The notes under the pieces are model-generated. The model had not been told where the DNA came from. It saw only the letters and a list, made by a program, of their open reading frames with translations, and did not search any database. A stretch of DNA of 64,000 nucleotides from Desulfobacteraceae bacterium (GTDB lineage Bacteria; Desulfobacterota; Desulfobacteria; Desulfobacterales; Desulfatirhabdiaceae). Both the position numbers and the translations under genes were made by a program. The DNA lies in the NCBI GenBank assembly GCA_037442625.1, contig JBBIPX010000001.1:2499-66498 (forward strand), read 5' to 3'. The number at the start of each line of letters is the position of its first letter. Position 1 is the stretch's first letter. Positions 20,692 through 29,312 of this stretch are shown one piece after another.

Positions 20692-21564
20692 TCAGTTGGA
20701 CCCGACCATTGTCCAGCTCTGATCAGCAACGGTGGGAAGATAAGCATAACTGCTATACGTCGATCCTTTCTCACCGGTCATGTACCAGACAACATTGTCG
20801 CCGGTCTGTGTATTCCGCCACAGGATGTCCGGCTTGCCGTCTCCGTTGAAGTCGGCCGTACCGACGATTTTCCAGTTCTGATCGGCGACTGTCGGAAGAT
20901 TGGTGTAACTGCTTAGCGTTGTCCCATTCTCACCGGTCATATAGCAGATTACGACCTCTCCCGTAACTGTATTCCTCCACAGTGTGATGGCTTTTGTGGG
21001 TGTCTGTATGGTTGTGAACCGTGCGGTGATGCTGTAATTTGCAGAGATGTTTGAGAGCGCGTAGGATGATACTGCTCCGACTGAAACCCCGTTCACAAGT
21101 ACGTCTGCAACTGCGAAGCCGCTTGCCGGTGTTATCGCAAAGGTCTGATTCATGCCGCGTGCGACCACCGCCGTGATTGAAGGACTGATGCTACCATTGA
21201 CGCCCGGGGCAGGCACCAGCGTAAAACAGGCAAGCTCTGTTGAAAATGCGCTCTCATTCCGACTTGCGTCATAGGCGGTGACCGCAAAATATGCGTTTGC
21301 ACCTTCTTGAATGCCGGTCAGTGTGTACTGCGTGACTTTGCCGACATCCACCGGCGTACCGTAAATCCTGGATGCAGTTCCATAATAGAGTTTGTAACCA
21401 GCCACTGCGGGATCGGCATTGGCATCCCAGGCCAGCGTCACCTGGGCTGCCAGGCCCTGGTTGACGCCGGGTCCGATACAGATCAAAAATAGCAGAGAAG
21501 CAAAAAAAGTAATTGCAGGAATAAAGTTGGAGCGGAAACGCGAAATTAATCGTTGGGTGCCCAT
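20692..21564 (-). CDS. Secreted protein with FnIII-like/Ig-like N-terminal domains and FG-GAP/VCBS-type repeats
   Basis: It has a signal peptide (IPAITFFASLLFLICIGPG). VTLAWDANADPAVAGYKLYYG is FnIII-like. The C-terminus has repeated DFNGDGKPDILWRNTQTGD..VWYMTG units. Confidence 0.7.
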   Translation of the reverse strand: MGTQRLISRFRSNFIPAITFFASLLFLICIGPGVNQGLAAQVTLAWDANADPAVAGYKLYYGTASRIYGTPVDVGKVTQYTLTGIQEGANAYFAVTAYDASRNESAFSTELACFTLVPAPGVNGSISPSITAVVARGMNQTFAITPASGFAVADVLVNGVSVGAVSSYALSNISANYSITARFTTIQTPTKAITLWRNTVTGEVVICYMTGENGTTLSSYTNLPTVADQNWKIVGTADFNGDGKPDILWRNTQTGDNVVWYMTGEKGSTYSSYAYLPTVADQSWTMVGSN

Positions 21565-21571
21565 AAAATAA

Positions 21572-21708
21572 CCCCCTTAATGAATACCGGCAGTAAGGCA
21601 TTAAGGAGGTGCCTTTCCCGCCCGGTAACCCTGCTGCCATATTCCTTGAAGAAACTTAGGCCAGAAGCTTTGCGTCCCACCCTTTCGGATGGTTTGCCTT
21701 TATCAGAC
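21572..21708 (-). promoter_or_regulatory. c-di-GMP-I (GEMM-I) riboswitch with SD-sequestering expression platform
   Basis: The minus-strand RNA reads GGCAAACCAUCCGAAAGGGUGGGACGCAAAGCUUCUGGCCUAAG...GGCAGCAGGGUUACCGGGCGG. This matches the conserved blocks of the Vibrio cholerae Vc2 aptamer as I remember it. The anti-SD CCUCCUUAAUG (21599-21609) is complementary to the CAUUAAGGGGG SD region (21572-21582). Confidence 0.85.
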
Positions 21709-21739
21709 GAAAAGTTTTTGTTTTTCCTGAAAGCAGGAA

Positions 21740-21755
21740 AGCAATTAATGTGCCA
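21740..21755 (-). promoter_or_regulatory. Sigma-54 promoter (TGGCAC-N5-TTGCT)
   Basis: The minus strand reads TGGCACATTAATTGCT, with GG and GC at the consensus -24/-12 spacing. It lies about 35 nt upstream of the riboswitch aptamer. Confidence 0.7.
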
Positions 21756-21899
21756 TAAAAATTACACTAATTCGCATTTCAGTATCAATCCCTTTGAAAA
21801 AATTGATCTGTGCTCTTAAGGGATCTATTTCAATGATCAGACCGAGAGTCTATCCGTATCCTCGATCGGATTCTTGGATGTACCGGGTTGTAATGTCTG

Positions 21900-22330
21900 T
21901 TTTTCAGCCACCGGAAGAGCAAAAATAACGACAAAAAATGTTATATTTTCATCATTTTTTTGACAAAACGGCTTTGTCCTGGAACCACTTGACAGAATAA
22001 TTCCATCCACAAATCAATAAAAAGAACATCGTTACGATAAATTTGTATCTTGATTTAATATTAATGATATCAGTAGATAATATTGTTATGTAAGTAGAAT
22101 ATTATTCTCTGATATGCGTAATATTGTCGATCAGCTTGATTTTATTATTTAATTATATCAAATTGATATATTTACATATCGTCGGATTTGAAAATTATGA
22201 TAATATTTAAAGTAACAAAGTTATTAAGACAGGAATTCAGTTTGTCACTTTTTGTTTTTATGATTCTTGATCATCGTTCCGTTCCGATAATGCATTGTCT
22301 GAACGGATTCTTTCTCCTATTGAAGAAAGG
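21900..22330. other. AT-rich, palindrome-rich non-coding block
   Basis: By eye it is far more AT-rich than the flanks. Palindromes include GACAAA-N5-TTTGTC (21962-21978), AGAATA-T-TATTCT (22096-22108), ATATCAA-A-TTGATAT (22155-22169), GATATCAG/CTGATAT (about 22066/22110) and a repeated TAATATTGT (22078, 22119). Confidence 0.6.
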
Positions 22331-22377
22331 AAAATACGGCGGACCAGCGCTGTGGCCGAAACGATGATCCCGCTTTT

Positions 22378-22707
22378 ATGAATGAAAGGCTTTTTATGTT
22401 CTGGACAGGTTTGACGCCGGATGAAGCAAGAACTGCGTTGGTTGGCAAAGATAAATCCAAGAGAGACAACCGCACGACTTTAAAAGAGGCGGTAAGCACC
22501 TTCATTAGAGATGGCAACAACGTGGCGATCGGCGGATATGTCAATATCGGTCAGCCGATTGCCCCCTGTCATGAAATGATCCGGCATGGATTTCAAGACA
22601 TGACGTTTTCATTTCAATCCAGCGGCATGGCAATGGATCATCTGGGCGGCGCTATAGAAGGTTTCTTCGTTCACCGTTTCGGGACCGGGAGCCCTTTAAA
22701 AGCATGA
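22378..22707 (+). pseudogene. Truncated remnant of a family I CoA-transferase subunit A (GctA/AtoD-like) gene
   Basis: TLKEAVSTFIRDGNNVAIGGYVNIGQPIAPCHEMIRHGFQDMTFSFQSSGMAMDHLGGA resembles the first about 90 aa of glutaconate/3-oxoacid CoA-transferase A subunits, which are normally about 220-320 aa. The reading frame then runs antisense into the sucA 3' end and stops. Confidence 0.55.
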
Positions 22708-25388
22708 TCCAGGATCGCGTCCTGATCCCTGCGATAAATTTTGGGAAACCCCGTGGCGGGGCTGGCAGAGGGTTTTCTGCCCACATAAATCAGCGGCTGG
22801 TGAAGAATGCCTTCCAGCAGCGGGCGGGCAAACCACCATGCGCCCATGTTTTCCGGCTCTTCCTGAACCCATTTCCAGGTTTCGGCCTGCGAATACCGCA
22901 TCGCCACCTGCCGAAGGCTTTCCTCGGGAAACGGATAATACTGCTCGATCCGCACGATAGCGATTTCCGGCCTTTTCAAAGCATCTCTTTTCTGAATCAG
23001 TTCGTAATAGATCTTGCCGCTGCAGATAATGACGCTCTGAACTGTTTCTGAGTTTCCAGGTTCATCCAGAACTTCCTGAAACAAGCCATCGGTCAGATCT
23101 TGACTGCGGGACACCGCCAGGGGGTTTCGCAGCAGGCTCTTAGGTGTCAGAATCACCAGGGGTTTTCGGACTTTTCGGTGCATCTGCCGGCGAAGCAGGT
23201 GAAAATACTGGGCCGGCGTCGTGGGATAACAGATCTGCATATTCTCGTCCGCGCAAAGCTGCAGAAATCTTTCCGGCCTGGCGCTGGAATGCTCCGGGCC
23301 AAGGCCTTCAAGGCCGTGGGGCAGAAGCAGCACAAGGCCGCTCAGCCGCTGCCATTTGCTCTCCGCGCTGGCCAGGTAAAGATCGATCACGGACTGGGCA
23401 TTGTTGATGAAATCTCCGAACTGGGCTTCCCAGATGACGAGCTTGCATGGCTCAACCATGGAATACCCGTATTCAAATCCCAGAACGCTTGCCTCTGCCA
23501 GGAGGCTGTCCCAGGCGGAAAACTCGGCCTGGGATTCCCCCAGACCGTTAAGGGGGACATGGCATGCGCCGGTTTTTATATCAACCAGAAACGCATGCCG
23601 CTGACTGAATGTGCCCCGCCGAACGTCCTGGCCGCTCAGCCGGACGGGCGTTCCCTCGTCCAGAAGCGAGGCGAAGGCCAAGGCCTCGGCATAGGCCCAG
23701 TCAATGCCTTGCCCTTTTTCAATGGCTTCCATGCGTTTTTTCAAAAGAGCCGATATTTTGGAATAGACATGGAATCCATCCGGGATGACCGCCAACGCCC
23801 GGCTGATACGTGTCAGCCGATCAATGTCAACACCTGTCGGCACCGGGCCGTGAACGTATCGGCCGTCATAATCCTTCCAGACTTCATAGAACCTTGCCTG
23901 CGGGAACAGGCACTGCGAGCCGTGAATTTTCTGAAAATCCGCATTCAGCCGCTCGCGGACGGTTTTCTCCATTGCCTCGATTTCCGGCGGGGTGACAAAG
24001 CCGTCATCCAGAAGCCGGCCCGCATAAAGCTTATCGAGGGGCTGTCTTTGCCGGATCCGTTCATACATCAGGGGCTGGGTGAAATACGGCTCATCGCCTT
24101 CATTGTGGCCGTAGCGCCGATAGCAGACCATATCCACAACCACATCTTTTGCAAACGCCGTGCGGTATGCCGCCGCAAGATGCATGACATGCACCACGGC
24201 TTCGGGATCCTCTCCGTGGACATGAAAGACGGGCACCATGAGCATTTTGGCGCAGTCCGTGGCATAGCGGGTGGAGCGGGCGTCCTCCGGGAGCGTGGTG
24301 TACCCGATCTGGTTGTTGATCACGATATGAATCGTGCCCCCGGTGTGATAGCCCTTGAGACGGGAGAGATTCAAAACCTCGGAAACGACGCCCTGACCGG
24401 CGAAGGCGGCATCTCCGTGAATCAGCACAGGAATCACTTTCTTTCCGGCGCTGTCGGACAGCGCATCCTGACGGGCCCGGGCGATGCCTTCCACCACCGG
24501 GTCCACGGACTCCAGATGGCTGGGATTGTGCACCAGATATATCCGCATCGGGGAACGGCCGTCCTCCTCGATATCGGTCAGATACCCGGTATGATACTTG
24601 ACATCCCCGGAACCGACCAGGCTGTCCGGATCATAACAGCTTTCAAATTCGGCAAAAATTTCTTCATAGGGTTTTTTCAGAACATGCGCCAGAACATTGA
24701 GCCGTCCCCGGTGGGACATTCCCAGAATGATTTCCCGGCAACCCGCGGCAGAAAGCGCCCGGGTAAGCGCATCCAGGGCCGGGATGAGTCCGTCGCCGCC
24801 CTCAAGGGAAAACCGGGTGACCCCCACATAGGCCTTGTTCAGAAACTGCTCGAATTGAGTGGACTGTATCAGGGCATGGAGAATCCGCCCGCGGGTACCG
24901 GCGTCCGGCTCCGGGCGGTTACCGGCGGTCTCCAGTTGCGATTCCAGCCACTCACGTTCTTCCGGGCTTTGGATGTGCATGTACTCGATACCGATCGACC
25001 GGCAGTAGGTCTGCTTCATCCGGTTGATAAGCTCCCGGATGCTTAATACTTCATGCGAGGGGAAAGGCGCATGGACCTGCTGATCGAGATCATCCGCGGC
25101 AAGATGAACCGATTCCGGACTGAGCAGCGGATGCTCGACGGGACAGGCTGAAAGGGGATCCATGCAGGCCAGAAGGTGCCCAATATCCCTGTAACGATGC
25201 ACCAGGGCATCTGCGCGGGATTGCAGCCGCATCCGGTTTTCATCGCAGACAGCAACGGACGGCGGCTCTTGCTTGCCTCCAAGTTCAAAGCCTTTGAAAA
25301 AATACCGCCAGTCGGCGGACAGGGCTTCCGGGTTTGTTTTCCACAGCCGGTACTGGGCTTCCATATAATCGGCGTTCCACGTTTCCAT
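22671..25388 (-). CDS. sucA: 2-oxoglutarate dehydrogenase E1 component (no E2/E3 genes nearby)
   Basis: About 905 aa. It carries the ThDP motif GDAAFAGQGVVSEVLNLS...IVINNQIGYTT, and family similarity runs along the full length. I trimmed the start to the ATG at 25388 (METWNADYMEAQY), with GGAG 5 nt upstream. The ORF-track start is a TTG at 25406. Confidence 0.9.
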   Translation of the reverse strand: METWNADYMEAQYRLWKTNPEALSADWRYFFKGFELGGKQEPPSVAVCDENRMRLQSRADALVHRYRDIGHLLACMDPLSACPVEHPLLSPESVHLAADDLDQQVHAPFPSHEVLSIRELINRMKQTYCRSIGIEYMHIQSPEEREWLESQLETAGNRPEPDAGTRGRILHALIQSTQFEQFLNKAYVGVTRFSLEGGDGLIPALDALTRALSAAGCREIILGMSHRGRLNVLAHVLKKPYEEIFAEFESCYDPDSLVGSGDVKYHTGYLTDIEEDGRSPMRIYLVHNPSHLESVDPVVEGIARARQDALSDSAGKKVIPVLIHGDAAFAGQGVVSEVLNLSRLKGYHTGGTIHIVINNQIGYTTLPEDARSTRYATDCAKMLMVPVFHVHGEDPEAVVHVMHLAAAYRTAFAKDVVVDMVCYRRYGHNEGDEPYFTQPLMYERIRQRQPLDKLYAGRLLDDGFVTPPEIEAMEKTVRERLNADFQKIHGSQCLFPQARFYEVWKDYDGRYVHGPVPTGVDIDRLTRISRALAVIPDGFHVYSKISALLKKRMEAIEKGQGIDWAYAEALAFASLLDEGTPVRLSGQDVRRGTFSQRHAFLVDIKTGACHVPLNGLGESQAEFSAWDSLLAEASVLGFEYGYSMVEPCKLVIWEAQFGDFINNAQSVIDLYLASAESKWQRLSGLVLLLPHGLEGLGPEHSSARPERFLQLCADENMQICYPTTPAQYFHLLRRQMHRKVRKPLVILTPKSLLRNPLAVSRSQDLTDGLFQEVLDEPGNSETVQSVIICSGKIYYELIQKRDALKRPEIAIVRIEQYYPFPEESLRQVAMRYSQAETWKWVQEEPENMGAWWFARPLLEGILHQPLIYVGRKPSASPATGFPKIYRRDQDAILDHAFKGLPVPKR

Positions 25389-25398
25389 ATGGCTCCAT

Positions 25399-26178
25399 TC
25401 AGGCAAGTGTCAAGGCTGAAAAGTCTACTTTCAGGGCAAACCAGGATGCAATTTCCCGCGCGGCAATATCCCGGTGCTCCGGCAGGCTGAAAAAATGATC
25501 GGCTCCGGGAATCATAACAAGCTGCGAATGATCCGGATTGATTGATTGCGCCTCTTGTGCCTGGTCTGCGGGAACGATTTCATCACGGGTTCCATGAACG
25601 ATCAGAAGGGGGATGCTCAGGGAGGCCACGGCAGCCCTCAAGTCATGCGACAGCATATCGTTCAGGAACCGTCTGTCCAGCTCCAGTTGCCGGCCCCGGC
25701 TGACAAATTCCACCCGCTCGGTTTCCTGAAACTGCCGTAGCTGATCGGGACTGAAAATACGGCTGGGGTCCATGCCGGTAAGGCGTCCGGCAATCGCGCA
25801 GACCGCCTGTATCCCGGAAAGTTTAGATGCCGCCAGCACCGAAACCGCCGCGCCCATACTGTGGCCGGCAAATCCCAGCCATTTCACGCCGTTTGCCTGT
25901 AGAAAATTTGCGGCATCCGCCATTTCGGCGATGTATTTGGTATAGGAGGTTTCGATAAATACACCTTCGCTCTGACCGTTTCCGGAAAAATCAAACCGAA
26001 GGACATGAAACCCGGCCTCTGCAATCCTTGCCCCGGCTTGGCGCAGAATACCGGTATGCCGGGTGCAGGTAAAACAGTGCCCCAGCACAACGCCATGTTC
26101 GGAAGGGGTCTCAGGCCGGTGATACGTCCCGGAAAGCCGCTCTCCCGAATGATTCAAAAAACGGATTTCGGTTTGCAC
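25399..26178 (-). CDS. Alpha/beta-fold hydrolase
   Basis: Nucleophile elbow GHSMGA, and later VHGTRDEIVP and GADHFF, which fit a Ser-Asp-His triad pattern. GTG start. Confidence 0.75.
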   Translation of the reverse strand: MQTEIRFLNHSGERLSGTYHRPETPSEHGVVLGHCFTCTRHTGILRQAGARIAEAGFHVLRFDFSGNGQSEGVFIETSYTKYIAEMADAANFLQANGVKWLGFAGHSMGAAVSVLAASKLSGIQAVCAIAGRLTGMDPSRIFSPDQLRQFQETERVEFVSRGRQLELDRRFLNDMLSHDLRAAVASLSIPLLIVHGTRDEIVPADQAQEAQSINPDHSQLVMIPGADHFFSLPEHRDIAAREIASWFALKVDFSALTLA

Positions 26179-26196
26179 GGTTTGGGTGCCTTTATT

Positions 26197-27774
26197 TCAA
26201 ATCATGATGGTTTCGCCCGGAAGGGGGACAGCTGCGCAATACCCCTGCTCCTCCAGATGTCTGCCAAACGACAGGGCCTGTTCTTCCTCTCCGTGCACCA
26301 CGGCGATTTTTTTGATATGCAGATTCGATTCTTTCAGAAACCTGATCATTTCCGTCCGATCTGCGTGGGCGCTGAATCCACCGATCTTTACCACATGGGC
26401 CTTTAGCGGATATTCCTTGTTTAAAAAACGCACCACCGGCGCTGGCCCGGTTCTGCCGGCAGCCTCATAGGCCTGGCCAAGTTCCAGTATCCGCCGTCCC
26501 AGCGTGTTTTCAGCCATGAACCCGACGATCAGGACGGTATGCCGGGGGTTGTGGATTTTATGACGGAGATGGTGCAGTATTCTACCGGCTTCACACATGC
26601 CGGAGGCCGAAAGGATGATGTGCGGAGTCTCATCGCGCATCAGCGCCATGGACTCTTCAACGGAACTGATGAAATGAACCTGATCAAAGTAAAAAGGATT
26701 CTGTCCTTTTTCCAGAAATGTTTTGTGGGTACCGGCATCAAAAACCTCGGGATGCTCGCCGAAAACCCGCGTGATTTTGGATGCGAGCGGACTGTCCACA
26801 TAAATCGGCATCCGGGGGACCTGTCCGGCGTTATACAATTCGTGAAGCATGTAAAGGAGTTCCTGAGTCCGGCCGTATGCAAAGGCCGGGATCAGGATCG
26901 TGCCGCCCCGTCGATATGTTTCATTTATGATATCCATCAGTTTTGGTTTCAAATCCTCCATGGGATCATGAACCCGGTTTCCGTAAGTGCTTTCCATGAT
27001 GAGAAGATCCACATTCCGATCCGCCTCATCAAAATTCAGCGTGGGGTCATTCAGAATGGGACTGTCAAAACGCCCGATATCGCCGGTATACAGCACATTG
27101 ACGGCGCGTCCGTTTTCCCTTGCCCGGATGGCCGTGATGGAAGATCCCAGAATATGCCCGGCATCATAAAACGAACAGCTCATCTCCTTTCCGATGGAAA
27201 TCGTCTCATTGTAAGGGTATCCGTCAAAATAAGTCAGAGCCTGCTCCACATCTTCGCTGGAGTAGATGGGAATGATTTTTTCCAGACGGTATTTGTCCAG
27301 AAAGCCGTTGATCACAGAGACATTCAGCTCATGCTGATCTTTTTTTAGAAGATTCTGGATTTTTTTGGCGTCGGACTTGGAAACGCCCTGGGTTCCGGGA
27401 GATGTTTTCATCTGATACAGCAGCCCCCGAACTGTTTTATAGTTCAGGTACCTGGCATCCGATTCATGGATGTGAGCGCTGTCCAGCAAAAGGTATTCAC
27501 AGGCGTCCGCCGTGGCACGGGTACAGATGATGCGGCCGGAAAACGGCCCTTTGGTAAGCAGCGGAATCCGGCCCGAATGATCGATATGGGCATGGGAAAG
27601 CACCATATTCGTAACGAGCCTGGCGCTGAACGGCAGGGTTTTGTTCCGTAGCTCGCTTTCTTTGCGCCGGCCCTGAAACATCCCGCAATCCAGAAGAATC
27701 CGGTCATTGCCGCTGGTCAGCAGATGCATGGAGCCGGTGACTTCCCTGGCTCCGCCGTAAAAAGTGATGTTCAT
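26197..27774 (-). CDS. Beta-CASP family metallo-beta-lactamase-fold hydrolase (RNA-metabolising type)
   Basis: MBL motif LSHAHIDHSG followed by beta-CASP-like and C-terminal RNA-specificity-like regions. 525 aa. Its ATG overlaps the upstream gene's stop (ATGA). Confidence 0.8.
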   Translation of the reverse strand: MNITFYGGAREVTGSMHLLTSGNDRILLDCGMFQGRRKESELRNKTLPFSARLVTNMVLSHAHIDHSGRIPLLTKGPFSGRIICTRATADACEYLLLDSAHIHESDARYLNYKTVRGLLYQMKTSPGTQGVSKSDAKKIQNLLKKDQHELNVSVINGFLDKYRLEKIIPIYSSEDVEQALTYFDGYPYNETISIGKEMSCSFYDAGHILGSSITAIRARENGRAVNVLYTGDIGRFDSPILNDPTLNFDEADRNVDLLIMESTYGNRVHDPMEDLKPKLMDIINETYRRGGTILIPAFAYGRTQELLYMLHELYNAGQVPRMPIYVDSPLASKITRVFGEHPEVFDAGTHKTFLEKGQNPFYFDQVHFISSVEESMALMRDETPHIILSASGMCEAGRILHHLRHKIHNPRHTVLIVGFMAENTLGRRILELGQAYEAAGRTGPAPVVRFLNKEYPLKAHVVKIGGFSAHADRTEMIRFLKESNLHIKKIAVVHGEEEQALSFGRHLEEQGYCAAVPLPGETIMI

Positions 27775-29273
27775 GGGTCACTCCTTTGGAGTTGATGTTT
27801 GATGGGGCCTGCGGCAACCATATACAGCAAGTCGGATAGAGGGTCCAGTTTCAGCAAGGATGAGGCATCCCGGTCATAAAAAGCCCCGATGCCGCAGCAG
27901 CCGAGCCCCAGGGCGGTCGCCCCCAGATAAATCCGGTGAGCCAGACGGCCTGCCGAAATCATTGCGTAGCGATAGGCGCGCGGCCCCCACAAGGTTTCAA
28001 TGACGGAAAGCGGCGCCGCAAAGAAAAATTGAAGCCCTGCAGATGCCATCCACTGCTGATTCAAGGCGATTTGCGCCATTTCAGCGGCAATCTCGCCCCG
28101 CTGAACCAGCCCGATGGCATGGGATGCGGGATTCAGCCAGTACTGTCCGGCATCAAGGCCCTCACAGGCGCCGACAACCATCCCGGAGGCACCAAAACAA
28201 AAGGGCTGGAAACACCCCTCATCGGGCATTTGGATGATCTGCATCAAGGCTTGAAACTCCCTGCGGCCAAGAGGCCGGGGAATAAAATTCCTGCGGGAGC
28301 GCCGGGCCATCACCGCCTGCGAAAAATTCATCTTTTCCGGAAAACATTCCTCAAAATGGACCGGCTGCCAGTGTTGGAGCCGGACCCCGCATACCGCAAG
28401 CATATCGTTTTGCCGGTCTTTGACACCGACAACACGGGATGAAGCATCGTGGATTTCCCGAATCGCCGCCGGCATCTCTTCCCTTGGGGATACCCGGCTG
28501 GCAGCCGCATGAGAAAGCCCCTCGATGGGCGAAATGCCGGCCACTTCCGGGGCACCGCCGGGAATGCCGACAACAGCCAGACAGGCTTCACGTCCGCTGT
28601 CCACCCCTAAAAATACATTCACGGCCGAATCATCAAAATCATATATCACGTGACAGGGCAGATCCAGCGACTTGATGGCCAGCACCAGGGACTCAACCAG
28701 ATGTCCGGTATCCAGAAGGTGGTACCGGTATGCGCGATCCCGGTATTTCCAGATGCTGCGATAAAAAATTACGGTGATGTAAAAGGTGACCGAAGCGGGA
28801 AAGGATTCACGCGGCCGGCCCGCAGCCGGAAAATCCGTAAAAACACCGGTGCGAAGCCGACCGATATCCCGGCGGTGGAGCGCATGGTGATAGAGGCCGT
28901 CCGCAAGACCCGAAACCGACCGCGTGGCCAGATAAAGCTCGCAGGGATAGAGTGCGCCGGCCGATGGCACGCTGCGATAATAGAAGTCACCCCCGGAAGA
29001 TTGACGCCGGGCCGTGATGCCGTAGCCCAGATACAGCACGCGGCTGAGATCCTGTAAGGAAACGCCCCTTGCTGCAGGAGCCGCTTCACGAGGCTTCAGC
29101 AGCTCAGTGAAGGATTTATCGGGCAGAGCGCTTATCTCGGGCAGATTCACGCGGTCAAGCCCGGAATAGTTTTTGTAGACGGCGGGCTGATTGGACCAGT
29201 CGAGCCCGGGGCCCCCCATCTTCAGGGGGTCGTACAGGGTATGACGATGATAGTTCTGGATATGGTCTGTCAC
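27771..29273 (-). CDS. SagB/ThcOx-family (nitroreductase-like, two-domain) dehydrogenase
   Basis: 500 aa with two nitroreductase-like halves. SVPSAGALYPCELY and CCGIGAFYD are typical of SagB-type dehydrogenase domains. GTG start. Confidence 0.75.
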   Translation of the reverse strand: MTDHIQNYHRHTLYDPLKMGGPGLDWSNQPAVYKNYSGLDRVNLPEISALPDKSFTELLKPREAAPAARGVSLQDLSRVLYLGYGITARRQSSGGDFYYRSVPSAGALYPCELYLATRSVSGLADGLYHHALHRRDIGRLRTGVFTDFPAAGRPRESFPASVTFYITVIFYRSIWKYRDRAYRYHLLDTGHLVESLVLAIKSLDLPCHVIYDFDDSAVNVFLGVDSGREACLAVVGIPGGAPEVAGISPIEGLSHAAASRVSPREEMPAAIREIHDASSRVVGVKDRQNDMLAVCGVRLQHWQPVHFEECFPEKMNFSQAVMARRSRRNFIPRPLGRREFQALMQIIQMPDEGCFQPFCFGASGMVVGACEGLDAGQYWLNPASHAIGLVQRGEIAAEMAQIALNQQWMASAGLQFFFAAPLSVIETLWGPRAYRYAMISAGRLAHRIYLGATALGLGCCGIGAFYDRDASSLLKLDPLSDLLYMVAAGPIKHQLQRSDP

Positions 29274-29312
29274 GGGAAATTCCCCAGATCCGTTCCGCCA
29301 CCTTCCGGACGG

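Noticed and set aside
20692-20720. Possible 3' truncation of the FG-GAP repeat gene (it ends ...DQSWTMVGSN, exactly where the previous repeat continues DFNGDG)
   Set aside because: Beta-propeller repeat proteins often end mid-repeat because of velcro closure. No downstream out-of-frame continuation of the repeat is visible in 20565-20691.
21990-22015. DnaA-box-like TCCATCCACA inside the AT-rich block (oriC?)
   Set aside because: There is only one imperfect box and no cluster of boxes. No dnaA/dnaN/gidA-type neighbours are present. The AT-rich block is better explained as the upstream regulatory region of the sigma-54 promoter or as a rearrangement scar.
23100-25046. 648-aa plus-strand ORF antisense to sucA
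   Set aside because: It is the longest spurious ORF in the window. It overlaps the strongly supported sucA frame along its whole length, is rich in G/R/P/A and carries no recognisable domain.
26197-29273. SagB-type dehydrogenase as part of a thiazole/oxazole-modified peptide (TOMM) RiPP cluster
   Set aside because: No YcaO cyclodehydratase, no E1-like partner and no precursor-peptide ORF lie nearby. The small GTG micro-ORF at 29359 is on the opposite strand and carries no Cys/Ser/Thr-rich core.
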